Shown here one piece after another: positions 13,169 through 22,849 of a stretch of DNA of 64,000 bases. The notes under the pieces were generated by a model that saw nothing but the letters and a program-made list of their open reading frames with translations, was not told where the DNA came from and did no database searches. How positions within the stretch are numbered: position 1 is the stretch's first letter; each line of letters opens with the position of its first letter. This DNA comes from Marsupella aquatica (lineage: Eukaryota; Plantae; Marchantiophyta), in assembly GCA_973895155.1 (NCBI GenBank), contig OZ316891.1, positions 23,683,899 through 23,747,898 of the forward strand, read 5' to 3'. The position numbers and the translations under genes were made by a program.

Positions 13169-16100
13169 TGTGATGCCTAGACAGGAATCACTCGGCCGGT
13201 TAAGTGGGTAAAGCAGGAAGGCACCCTAGGAACACCTTAGTATAGTGACAAAACAAGGAAAATATAAACAATTAGGGGCAACCATGGAACCCGGGCAGAG
13301 GCCGGAGGTAAGGCTGAGGGTGAAAACCCGATTAGGGTTAGGGCGCGTTAAGCGTCGGCGGCTAGGAAGGATCAACGGGAAGAAGGACCGGCAGAGGAGA
13401 GGGGTAAGGAGCGCTTGCAGGAGATGGTGGCTCATTTGCGAGCACGAACTAGGCAGACGACTATGGGAGGCCAACTACTGTCAGCTGCTTAGGCAAGCAC
13501 TCGGGGAGAGAGTAGATACCGACGATCAACCTAAGGAGGGTATGAGCAACGTCAATCAAGCGGCACATTTCTGGGGATGCCTGTTCGAACGGGCAACTGA
13601 GTACATCAAGACTTACGAGGACGAGGAGTCAGAAAGGGCAGCTCGAGAACGGCAGGAGCTCGCTCGATTGTGGGAGCTGCAGAAGACGGCTTTCTTAGGA
13701 GGCGAACTCATCAAGGACGAGTTCCTGTGGACGCCTACTTCCAATCAACTCGACGATCTTCTGTTTTGCAAAGACAGCGTCGTCGGCATCCGAGAGGCCA
13801 TCAAGAACTGCAACGACATACACTGGGAATTAAAGGGTAGCACGGAAAGGTGGACCCAGGCAACGGTGCTAGGAGAAACCTCCACGGCAGCAGAGATGAA
13901 GAGGAAGGGAGCCGTCAACGATGAAGCCACCCCGGCAAAAAGAACGAGGTCGGCGGCACCAAAGAAGCCAGCCGAGCAGCAGAGCAGGAGGCAGGGAGAA
14001 GCCGAAGAGGAGGAGGTCGATCCCATCAAGGCCATTCCAACCAGGGATGACACCTGGAAGGGCTGGGCGGCAACCCTACCGGTGGAGGTGCAACTACATT
14101 TTGCACGGGAGGAGGATGCATGCTTTACGGCCATGCAGACCAAGAAGTACCAAGGCTTCATGGCCGGATCCGGCTTGGAGGCCTTTGTAAGATTACCATG
14201 GCTGAAGCCGGAGGTACCGGAGTCAGACCTATTAGAATTCGTGGGGTCATGGGAACCCGAGACCAATTGCACGAGGATATATGGGAAGGATTTCTATCTT
14301 ACTCCCAAGGTGATTGCCGAAGTGTTTGGCTTGCCGATGGGCAATAAGACCAAAGTTGATACCAGGAAGACCTTGCCTGACAAGGAGTTCCGGTCGTTCC
14401 CCGGGCCATCAACGAAGAATGGCTTCTTCCGGAACACCTGCACCAACCCGCACATAGGAGAGATGATCGACTTCTTGCGGGTGACCATGCATTGTAACTT
14501 GCCGAGGGCAGAGATCGGCAAGGCACAGGTCTATCTGGCAGAAAGGCCAGACCCAAGCCGGGACTACAACGGGTACCTCCTCAACCAATTGAAGATCTTA
14601 AAGGAGGAGCAGCAGGTAATCGGCATGGGGAGCGTGTCGCGGCTTGGCTATCACATGCCGCTGTTGTGCCGGTATGCCAGAGGTCAGACTTTTGCCCCGG
14701 TACTTCCCCTGCAGGTAAGGGCACCCGAGGAAGCTCCAACGCCGAGGCCGTTGGCTGAGAAGCCTCAACCACCTGTTAGTCCTACGATCGAGCAGGTGTT
14801 TAGGCCCAGGAAGGAAGACTTGCCGATGCAGCAACCAGGCATGCAGAGTCTGCTGAAACTACTGGAGAAAGAAAAGAAATCGGCATCGGCAACAACAACG
14901 GCAACGGCAACAATGCAGGACACTACTACAGAGGTAGGCCTACACCGGCTCACAAGAGAAAACCCCTTTGCTGGAGACAAGGAGAGAATCAGGCCGGAAT
15001 CCAAGCCAGGTGTTCGAATGTACGTGGGAACCTCAAGCTCCGAATCTGAGGCAGAATTGCCTGAAGCTCCTACCGAGGAAGAGGAGAGGGAGAAGCCGGA
15101 AATCCAAGAGGTAGAGGAGGCAGTGGAGGACTGCAGCCATGATAATTCCGGCTATGGGTCGGACCATCACGTTCCAGGAGTAAGGACCTGTGGCCGGTTT
15201 GTCCCCACACTTCCAAGGGTAGTGCGAGGGGACCCCAACCAGCAGAGTAGCCCTGAGTCTCCCCCACCAGATGTTGCTCCCCCGAGCTTCGACGGCATAA
15301 AACAGACGGTGCAGGAATTTCAGGAGCGAATCAAGCAGGAGGAAGAGGCCGCCCTGGCTAAGGAAAAGGATTTACCAGGAGGAGATTGGCCGGAGGACAT
15401 CAGGCGGCTAGCCGAAAAAGGAAGCAAACCTCTAGCCACGATTGAAGAGATCCGCAGGACGGCTTGGGAGCAGAGGCCACGATGGGCGATGCCGATCACT
15501 TCTACTTACTCCACCTACGCTAAGAATAGAGCCATGGGGTATGGTGAGATGTGTGGGGAACTTGCGCTCGGCATCTTTGGAGAGGAGTTGGAGGTAGGAC
15601 CCTTTTTCCATAGGGAGCAGTTGGAGAAGCACCAATTAGAAGAAGCGGTGGCTTTAGAGAGAAGCAAGAAGGACGAGGTCATTCGGCGGCTTAGGAGGAT
15701 GGGAGCCGAGATTGAAGATCTAAGGGCGGCCAAGAAAGCCCAAGATGAACTGCGGATTAAACGACATGAGCTGAACATCATGCAGGGGCAGTTGGACGCC
15801 GCGCAAGCTGATAATCAGAATATCAAGGATAAACTGACTCAGACGCAGGAAGAGTTGGCCGACACGATCAAAGAAAGGGAAAAGTGGAAGCAAGAGCTGA
15901 AGAATACAGAGGAGGCCCACATAACAGCCAACAGCCGGGCCATGGCGGAGACCCAAAGAAAGGAATGGGCGTTGAAAGGAGAGCTCGAGAAAATCCGCGG
16001 AGCCCTTGAGCAGAAGGAGGTCGAGTTAGGGAAATCCTATCAAGGGATTATGGCGCTGCAGCAGGAGCTTGCGTCCCTGACGGCCAGCTTCAAGGCCGAC

Positions 16101-17825
16101 CTAAGGGAGAAGGACGAGATGCTCGAACAGACTTACGCCAAGATGAACCAGATGGAGTCTGTCATCATTGCAGAGCTCGACAAGGAGCTAAGAGCAACCC
16201 AGGAGGAGAGGGCTACCTTGAAGAAGGAATTGGAGGAAGCCCACAGGGAGCAGGAGGAGGCCAAAAACGAGCTGGAGGGGGCACGTAAGGACCTGGATGA
16301 AACCCAAGAGGAGTTGGAGGAAATCACGAGGAAGATGGAGAACCTACAACGGCGGGCCGACAACCAAACAGAGCGGCTGAAGAAACAAGCCGCAGTATTT
16401 AAATGCTTAGCTGCAGCAGGTCCATCTCCTGTTGGGACAAACCAGTTACCAGGGGTGGTAATTGCCGAAGGACAAGCCGCGCCACCTGCACCAGTGCCGG
16501 AAGTAAGTGGGAAGGGGAAGGGACCAGCTGCCGAGCCACCAACGAAGAAGAAGCGGAAACCTTCAGGGTCAAGGAGTAATACGACTTCACAGGCCGTGGT
16601 GATCAAGGAGGTAGACCCAGCACCGACCCCAGACAGGGTCACGGCTAAGGATCCAACTACCCTAGGGGAAGGGGAGGCCGAAGCCGTGGGGTTGGCTGAA
16701 GCCGAAGCCGTGGGAGTTGCTGAGGCCGAAGCCGTGGGTATTGTCGAGGCCGGTGTCGAGGCTGAAGCCGAAGGTGGACCCAGTCAGGCCGATGGAGAGT
16801 TGACTCGGTCAAGGGCAGGTAATCTGTCAGTAGGCGGGCCAACGGCAGTGGCTGAGGAGGAAGTGTTGGGGGCGTCCATTGAGGATCCACCACCGGTGTC
16901 GTGACGGTGCAAGGGCGCCGTTCCTTTTAGGGAGGGCGGACGTGGAGGGAGGAGGCGTGAGTGGGCAGGGCGGGCACGGATCTCCACGTTTAGGATTAGG
17001 ATCAGAACCAGGAGCGGCCCTGACACTTAGCTTAGTGGGATTGCGGTCCCACTGGGAGGAGCAACACTTGTGCTCCTGCCTTGCTGTACATAGGTAGATT
17101 CGGGCAAGTAGATTACTGTTAAGTAGATTAGGCTTACGATGCAAAGAATGGCGGATCCACTACCAGGATAAGTACCTGGGCAGCGGGGAGCTCAGGCCCT
17201 CTTCTTTAGCAAGTTTTTAGTTTGCACCAGCCGGGCTGGGATCAAGTAGTACGAGAAGCTCTCGGTTAGTCATACAGTGACCCTTGTGTATATTCATGTT
17301 TCCTCATGCCTAAGAGCTGAATAGAGTTGGCCTCACGGCTTAGTTCGCAGAACTTGTGTATGAGATGTACTGTTTGTATGGCAAGTGCATGGTATGACTC
17401 AGTCAGAATGAGTCATTTTGCTATTTGTGTGTCGCATTGACTTGTGTGAAGAGTGCCCACATCAACAGAAGGAAGGAAAGTAAGCAGGGGAGTGAGAGTT
17501 GGATGTGTCGAGCTGAGAGAGGTCTTAGCGGCTTAACCAAGCCTATTGGGGATCATTCCGGCGGCGGAATCCAAACATACCTAACAAGACAGAGGGGAAG
17601 ACAGGGGAAAACAGGGGAAGGCCTATATTAGGCCGGCTACGTATCTCATGACCCGATGAAGGATCTGTCCAGTATATGTGTGTAAAATGTTAATAGTAGT
17701 AGTAGAAGGTTAGCAGCGTCCCATGCCGCTAAGCCGCGGAAACGGCCTCGCCAAGCACGAAACCTGCGGGAATCGGCTTGAGCTGGGGGGTTTCTTGGGT
17801 TTAGGGAGCCATGGGACGCACCACA
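13169..17825 (+). mobile_element. Family A solo LTR, 4657 bp
   Basis: TGTGATGCC...CACCACA termini with a perfect 5-bp TSD ATAAT (13164-13168 and 17826-17830). No PBS or PPT adjacent. Length matches the 3' LTR at 40856-45513 (4658 bp). Confidence 0.95.
13284..16904 (+). CDS. LTR-encoded ~1206-aa protein: basic N-terminus, helical domain, PMD/Transposase_32-like domain, acidic/Pro linker, ~250-aa coiled coil, basic NLS-like motif, acidic repeats
   Basis: Uninterrupted ORF from ACCATGG at 13284. Motif LEAFVRLPW...LLEFVGSW...TRIYGKDFYLTPKVIAEVFGLP resembles plant-transposon mobile domains. Heptad-rich E/K/Q/R region and KKKRK motif. Five other copies are colinear. Confidence 0.85.
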   Translation: MEPGQRPEVRLRVKTRLGLGRVKRRRLGRINGKKDRQRRGVRSACRRWWLICEHELGRRLWEANYCQLLRQALGERVDTDDQPKEGMSNVNQAAHFWGCLFERATEYIKTYEDEESERAARERQELARLWELQKTAFLGGELIKDEFLWTPTSNQLDDLLFCKDSVVGIREAIKNCNDIHWELKGSTERWTQATVLGETSTAAEMKRKGAVNDEATPAKRTRSAAPKKPAEQQSRRQGEAEEEEVDPIKAIPTRDDTWKGWAATLPVEVQLHFAREEDACFTAMQTKKYQGFMAGSGLEAFVRLPWLKPEVPESDLLEFVGSWEPETNCTRIYGKDFYLTPKVIAEVFGLPMGNKTKVDTRKTLPDKEFRSFPGPSTKNGFFRNTCTNPHIGEMIDFLRVTMHCNLPRAEIGKAQVYLAERPDPSRDYNGYLLNQLKILKEEQQVIGMGSVSRLGYHMPLLCRYARGQTFAPVLPLQVRAPEEAPTPRPLAEKPQPPVSPTIEQVFRPRKEDLPMQQPGMQSLLKLLEKEKKSASATTTATATMQDTTTEVGLHRLTRENPFAGDKERIRPESKPGVRMYVGTSSSESEAELPEAPTEEEEREKPEIQEVEEAVEDCSHDNSGYGSDHHVPGVRTCGRFVPTLPRVVRGDPNQQSSPESPPPDVAPPSFDGIKQTVQEFQERIKQEEEAALAKEKDLPGGDWPEDIRRLAEKGSKPLATIEEIRRTAWEQRPRWAMPITSTYSTYAKNRAMGYGEMCGELALGIFGEELEVGPFFHREQLEKHQLEEAVALERSKKDEVIRRLRRMGAEIEDLRAAKKAQDELRIKRHELNIMQGQLDAAQADNQNIKDKLTQTQEELADTIKEREKWKQELKNTEEAHITANSRAMAETQRKEWALKGELEKIRGALEQKEVELGKSYQGIMALQQELASLTASFKADLREKDEMLEQTYAKMNQMESVIIAELDKELRATQEERATLKKELEEAHREQEEAKNELEGARKDLDETQEELEEITRKMENLQRRADNQTERLKKQAAVFKCLAAAGPSPVGTNQLPGVVIAEGQAAPPAPVPEVSGKGKGPAAEPPTKKKRKPSGSRSNTTSQAVVIKEVDPAPTPDRVTAKDPTTLGEGEAEAVGLAEAEAVGVAEAEAVGIVEAGVEAEAEGGPSQADGELTRSRAGNLSVGGPTAVAEEEVLGASIEDPPPVS

Positions 17826-20227
17826 ATAATCTCAAAGTACGCTAAGGGAGTCTGGAATAGACCAAGGTTACTCCTTAGACATAAGTCAAAATGAAAAGAC
17901 TTAAGGATTCAAATCCATATTGCTTCTCAGATCTAAACTGCTTACTAGAGTACCTTTTAAAATGCCGTCAACATGTCTTATCCTTTCTTTCTAAGTGGTA
18001 CTCAGATAAGATCTAAAAGGTAGCTACTTCAACATTTAGATGGTACTGAGCAACACGAAAGAAAATCCATCAATTTCAATGAGACTTAAACTCAATAAGT
18101 TAACTTTAAGAACTCAAGAGATTGCAATGAATCACCAACAAGGAATCTATCATTACAATTCAAAAGATTTGCACAAAAGGAAGTTTACTTCCTATGTTTA
18201 TAATCATAGGTAAAAACACAAGAAGGAGGTAAGTCTCTAAATGTTAAACCTGATCTCGAACTCATAGATTCATGATCAACTAGTTTAACACAAAGAAAAG
18301 GCAAAAATGCATAACTTAACTGTCACGCGATTGACATGGGTCTTAACACCAAAAATGTCACTAAGGGTGCCAAAACCATCTCCTTGTACCTGAGGATCAC
18401 GAAGGGATGTTGTGAAGGCCGGTAAACACCAATTTATGCCCTTAACACCAGACTATCATAGCAAGACTCTATCACACATCACCCAAGCTCAATCCCAAGG
18501 AACCAAGGTTGGGGATCAGATCTGCGCTCATGATAGTTTTGGTGAGAAGGGGTCTTCATATTGGGCCCGTACACACAGGGCCTAGCGCTACGGTGCGCAT
18601 AGGTCTATACGTATGCTTACTGTCATAGGTGTATTTCTATTCCGCCGCCAGAATGTACCCATAACCAGTGACTCCTGACTGATTCCCAGCTTAGGGACTT
18701 CTAAGCCATTGCCCGGGTATAGCGACGGAGACAGGAAACAGGTAAACATGAATTTTTTTCCTATTTTTAATATGCTGTTACCAGGAAAAAATCACTGTTA
18801 CCAGGAAAAATGACAATTTAAAAATGTCTCCTAAAACATGTTATTTCCCAAAAAAATTAACAATGCAACATTTTTGGCTAGCTTTGGGCGCTAGCAAAAA
18901 AAACTGGTCCACCAATTTTTTTTTTCAAAAAAAATTCAAAAAAAATTCAAAAAAAATTTCCACCCATTTTCCTGTTACCAGTTTTTTTCCTGTTACCAGT
19001 TCTGTTATTAAATCATGTTTCCTGGTTGCTGTCTTTTGTAAACACCTCCCATTGCCCCACCACTCTGCCATTCCACTCTCAGCAATCAGAGCTATGACAG
19101 TCCTCACCCAACCCGCTTCAATGCACCCTGTACACCTCTTAGTGGCGCTGCTAGTCCCATCATACACTCAGATTGCCTCACACACACACACATCCATGAG
19201 AGAAATGAGGCCTGAGAGGAAAACTCAATTAGATTCAAAGATGTGCACAACAGCTCACTGAGAACACTCCCCATGGATCACGTAGCCTTGCCAGACTGAA
19301 CTGTAAATGCTCCTCCTGCTGCCCCTCAAATAGTGTCTCAACCTCCCTAATGTGCTCACCACAAATCAAATTGAAATCCTTCCCACAGTTTACAATCACC
19401 AATACATCACCTATCACCAAGGCTCTATATCGAGGGAAAAGAACCCAGTTGTGTTGCCCACTAGAAAGAGCCATAATCCAGCTCGCAAACCTAGCAACCC
19501 GTTGTTGTGAAGCTTGGCTGATTACTCCCTGAGTAATAGCACCACCAAGCTCTCCCCAACACGCAGTGTCCAAGTCTAGCCTTGCTTGCACAGAGCTCCT
19601 CCATGCTGCTCAGTCTACGTGAGATCACACAACTGGAGTTCCCCCCCCTTGCCTCTACCGGGGGGCTGCTCTATATACTCTCATACTGAGCCAAAATGGG
19701 TGGATACTACACTGCTAGAGCCCCATCCCAGCCCTAACAGAGCCGCCACTATCTTAACTACTGAACCCTAACTCGCAACTTTATTTCTATCTTGAATTGG
19801 CTATGTACTTCGGATTTGGCCCTCCTCCATGGTTTTTGCGAGCTTGCGCCTCCTCTCCCGATTTCTCTATTCAACCATTTTCTGCGTGGATAGCAGCGTT
19901 GGAAGCGGCTTGAGCTCCTCTTTCCAACGAGGTCAATCATAGCCGATTTGGCCAAATACACAGAAAGTTATGCCCCCGCAACCGAGAGGGGGTACTCATT
20001 GCTACGCTAACCCGAGTTACAGAGCTAACCCGAGTTCGGCTAGCCTAGCTATCCTATCTAACCTTAGAAGAGTTAACCCGAGCATTTAATTTAATTAGAG
20101 GAAGCCAGGAAGGAGAAAGAGCAGAATGGCCGGGAGGAAGTTTATTCACCTTTGGGATTGAGAAGCTAAACTGAAGGGACAAGAGGGAAGAAAGTATGAG
20201 GTGCATAGTGGCCTCGGGCTAAGCCGC

Positions 20228-20526
20228 TATCCGTGTCCGTGTCCGCTATCCGTGTCCGCTATCCGTGTCCGTTGTCCGTGTTTGTTATCCGTGTCCGTTA
20301 TCCGTGTCCGTTATCCGTGTCCGCTATCCGTGTCCGCTCGCTATCCGTATCCGCTAACCTCTATCCGTATCTGATATCCGTGTCCGCTAACCTCTATCCG
20401 TATCCGCTATCCGTGTCCGCTAACCTCTATTCGCTATCCGCTATCCGTGTCCGCTAACCTCTATCCATATCCGATATCCGTGTCCGCTAACCTCTATCTG
20501 TATCCGCTATCCGTGTCCGCTATCCC
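20228..20526. repeat. Complex minisatellite of CCGTGT/CCGCTAT/CCGCTAACCTCTAT units
   Basis: Directly visible tandem units over ~300 bp, followed by CCCGGGTGACA, a possible LTR end. Confidence 0.9.
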
Positions 20527-21764
20527 GGGTGACACACTAACCCGTCACACTAATAAGATCATATCTTCCTTAATACACCTCCATTTCTCGAGTGTTTTAT
20601 ATCGATTTTACTCGCCTTGACCAGATCTTTCCAATGCTCTTTACAGATCCGGATTTGGTGATGTATTGAAAGAGATATGGTCGTCGACCACCCACGACAT
20701 AGCTTTTATTTCCCTACTCAACGCCATGATTGCCCTTATTCTTGCCATCTTGCTAATTGTTATGCAATATCAATAGCTACTCCTTGTATACAGCAACCTA
20801 CTTACTTAGATTATAGAATAAGGACCATGTCATCGGCGTCACATTAACCATAATCTACACTAGTGGTGGAGGGGTCTTATAGTAAAAATCTACAGAGTAA
20901 GAGGTCATAAAGTCGAAGAGACATGCCTCTTCATACTCCTCAAAAAGTTAAAATGACGATTCAGTAAGTGAAAAGCCAAAAATCTGGCTAAGTCTGAACT
21001 TGTAAACTAGTAAAAGCTGTGAACTAGTAAACTCTTAAACTCGTAAAAGTCTAACTAAGTCGTAACTCGTAATTGCAATAGAAGTAAAAACTTGGCAAAT
21101 TTAACTATTTTTAACTTCTTACTCCTAGCTCATAAAAGCCTCAAATTTTGCTAGAAGGCTTTCCTAAGTACAGACTATATATTGAAGAAGTATGACAGCT
21201 TTTAAAGCTCTAGAACACATTTCTAAAAATCAGATAAGATGCACTATTCTTAAAACTAACTAAATCACTTAAGACTACTCTTCAAGCTTGCTATCAGATC
21301 TCTTCTGGTTTGAGTAACTCCACAAGGGTAACAGTCTGATTCTGTGTAACTTCCATTAGTTCAGCCTGGCGTGGGAATCCTCGAGAATAGGGTAGGCATC
21401 TCAATTGCCTTTTAGGATACATCAGGGGCATTATCTTCCTTAGATAACATATGTCTATTCGAAGAGCTTCTCTATACATCCCAATCATGTCATAATTATT
21501 GCAAGTAGCAGCATATACTTGGGGATAATGGTATAGGAATTCATCAGAGTTCAGCATCCTAGAATAGAAAGGGTGAAGCCTCCATTTGACATCTCTGAAA
21601 TACCGGTTGAATTCTGTAAGAGTCTGAGAGGTAAGGTGGAAGAGAAGTCAGTAATGAGCGCTTATGTCCTGCATTCCTTCCCTTCCAAGGCGCGCTCTTC
21701 TTCTATTGTGGAGTCCCGTTGAACTAGCCGTAAGATGTCACGACATAGGATCGCCAAATCATAA

Positions 21765-21875
21765 AGCGTAACTCGTAAACTCTTAAGTCCTAACTCGTAA
21801 ACTCGTAAAGTCATAAACTCGTAAACTCGTAAAGGGAGTTTACTCGTAAACTCGTAAAGGGAGTTTACTCGTAAC
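21765..21875. repeat. Short tandem repeats of (T)AAACTCGTA, with a related cluster at ~21000-21070
   Basis: Repeated AAACTCGTAAA and a duplicated GGGAGTTTACTCGTAA. Confidence 0.7.
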
Positions 21876-21960
21876 TTAGGAACTTAGTAACTTTGAATGC
21901 TATTTCAGTTCTAGTTAGCAATAATTGCAGTCTAAACACCGTAAAAAATTTAGGAATTGA

Positions 21961-22849
21961 TACGCGGGAGGCTCTGGCGGTCAAAACAAGCGTACCACTC
22001 GATAATGCTTTCGATGTGGCTAGCGAAGTAGCCCTTCCGCCAAGGTACGAAGTCTTTTTTCTCCGCTCCATCTCCTCGTGGAACTTCTTGATGAAGAAGG
22101 ACGCCCACTTCCTAGGCCGATAGTTCTCCACCTGGATGACCTGAGCGGCCAATATTTCTCCTCTGGGTTCCATCATGTGGAGGGCATACCGCTGGAACTC
22201 CAGGCATTCTGCTACCTCCGGGATGAGGCACGTCCTCATTAAGAACCCATTGTCCACTACCCCCTCGGCCGGGAAGCTAGAGGACTGGTATTTGGCTCCC
22301 TTTCCCCTAGGAGCCCGCGACTCTACTCGATTTATCCCCTCAGGTAAACCAAAAATCATCTTTAGACGTGCCTCATTGAGACACATCACTCTTTCGTGCA
22401 CTCGGGTTTGTTGATGGGCCTCGTCAAAGTTCTGAATGAACTCCGACATATCCTGTCTGTAATACCTGCTTGAGTTCCAAGGGAGAGAGGCAAGGTGCTC
22501 AAACCCTTGGGTCTTCAGATAGCATGCATGCTTGAGGTGGAGGATGTTCTTGTGAACATTGTCCCCCATGCGATGCATGGTCAGCTTGGCAACCGCAACC
22601 GTGGCCAAAGGCAACCCAGATATGGCTGCAGGCTCCTTCCTCTTCCTACCCCGAGACTGATTCCCGGGGTGACTAGAAGAAGGGGACATCTCTCCTTCCT
22701 CTTGGTCAGGTGGTGGTAGCGCGACTACCGTGAGTATTGGTGCCGGGGTGGCTAGAGTTACCGTGTTATCCCCTCGGCCCTGCTGGAGTGGTGCTGGGTT
22801 GTTTGGCGCTTGCTGAGTCGTACCCCGCGGCCATCGATTCAGAGGAGGG
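21961..22849 (-). pseudogene. Third (family C-like) homologue of the PMD-like accessory ORF
   Basis: FEHLASLPW...MSEFIQNFD...TRVHERVMCLNEARLKMIFGLP...NGFLMRTC...LEFQRYALH. After a frameshift it continues YFASHIESIIEWY, matching family B YLGSHIAIILAWY. Confidence 0.75.

Noticed and set aside
13332-13343. Telomeric repeat TTAGGGTTAGGG in each family A LTR
   Set aside because: Only two units, inside coding sequence (RLGLG). Not an array, at most a telo-box-like motif.
13284-16904. Host gene (SMC/myosin-like coiled-coil protein) or retroviral env
   Set aside because: It lies wholly inside TG...CA termini with a TSD, is intronless and multicopy, and I see no signal peptide or transmembrane helix.
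20228-20526. CRISPR array, or the ORF 20233-20457
   Set aside because: Units are 6-14 bp with no unique spacers and no cas genes. The ORF is a by-product of the repeat.
12909-21960. One single insertion splitting a family C LTR between 12908 and 21961
   Set aside because: Orientation and domain order would fit, but I found no TSD or matching termini, so it is left unclaimed.
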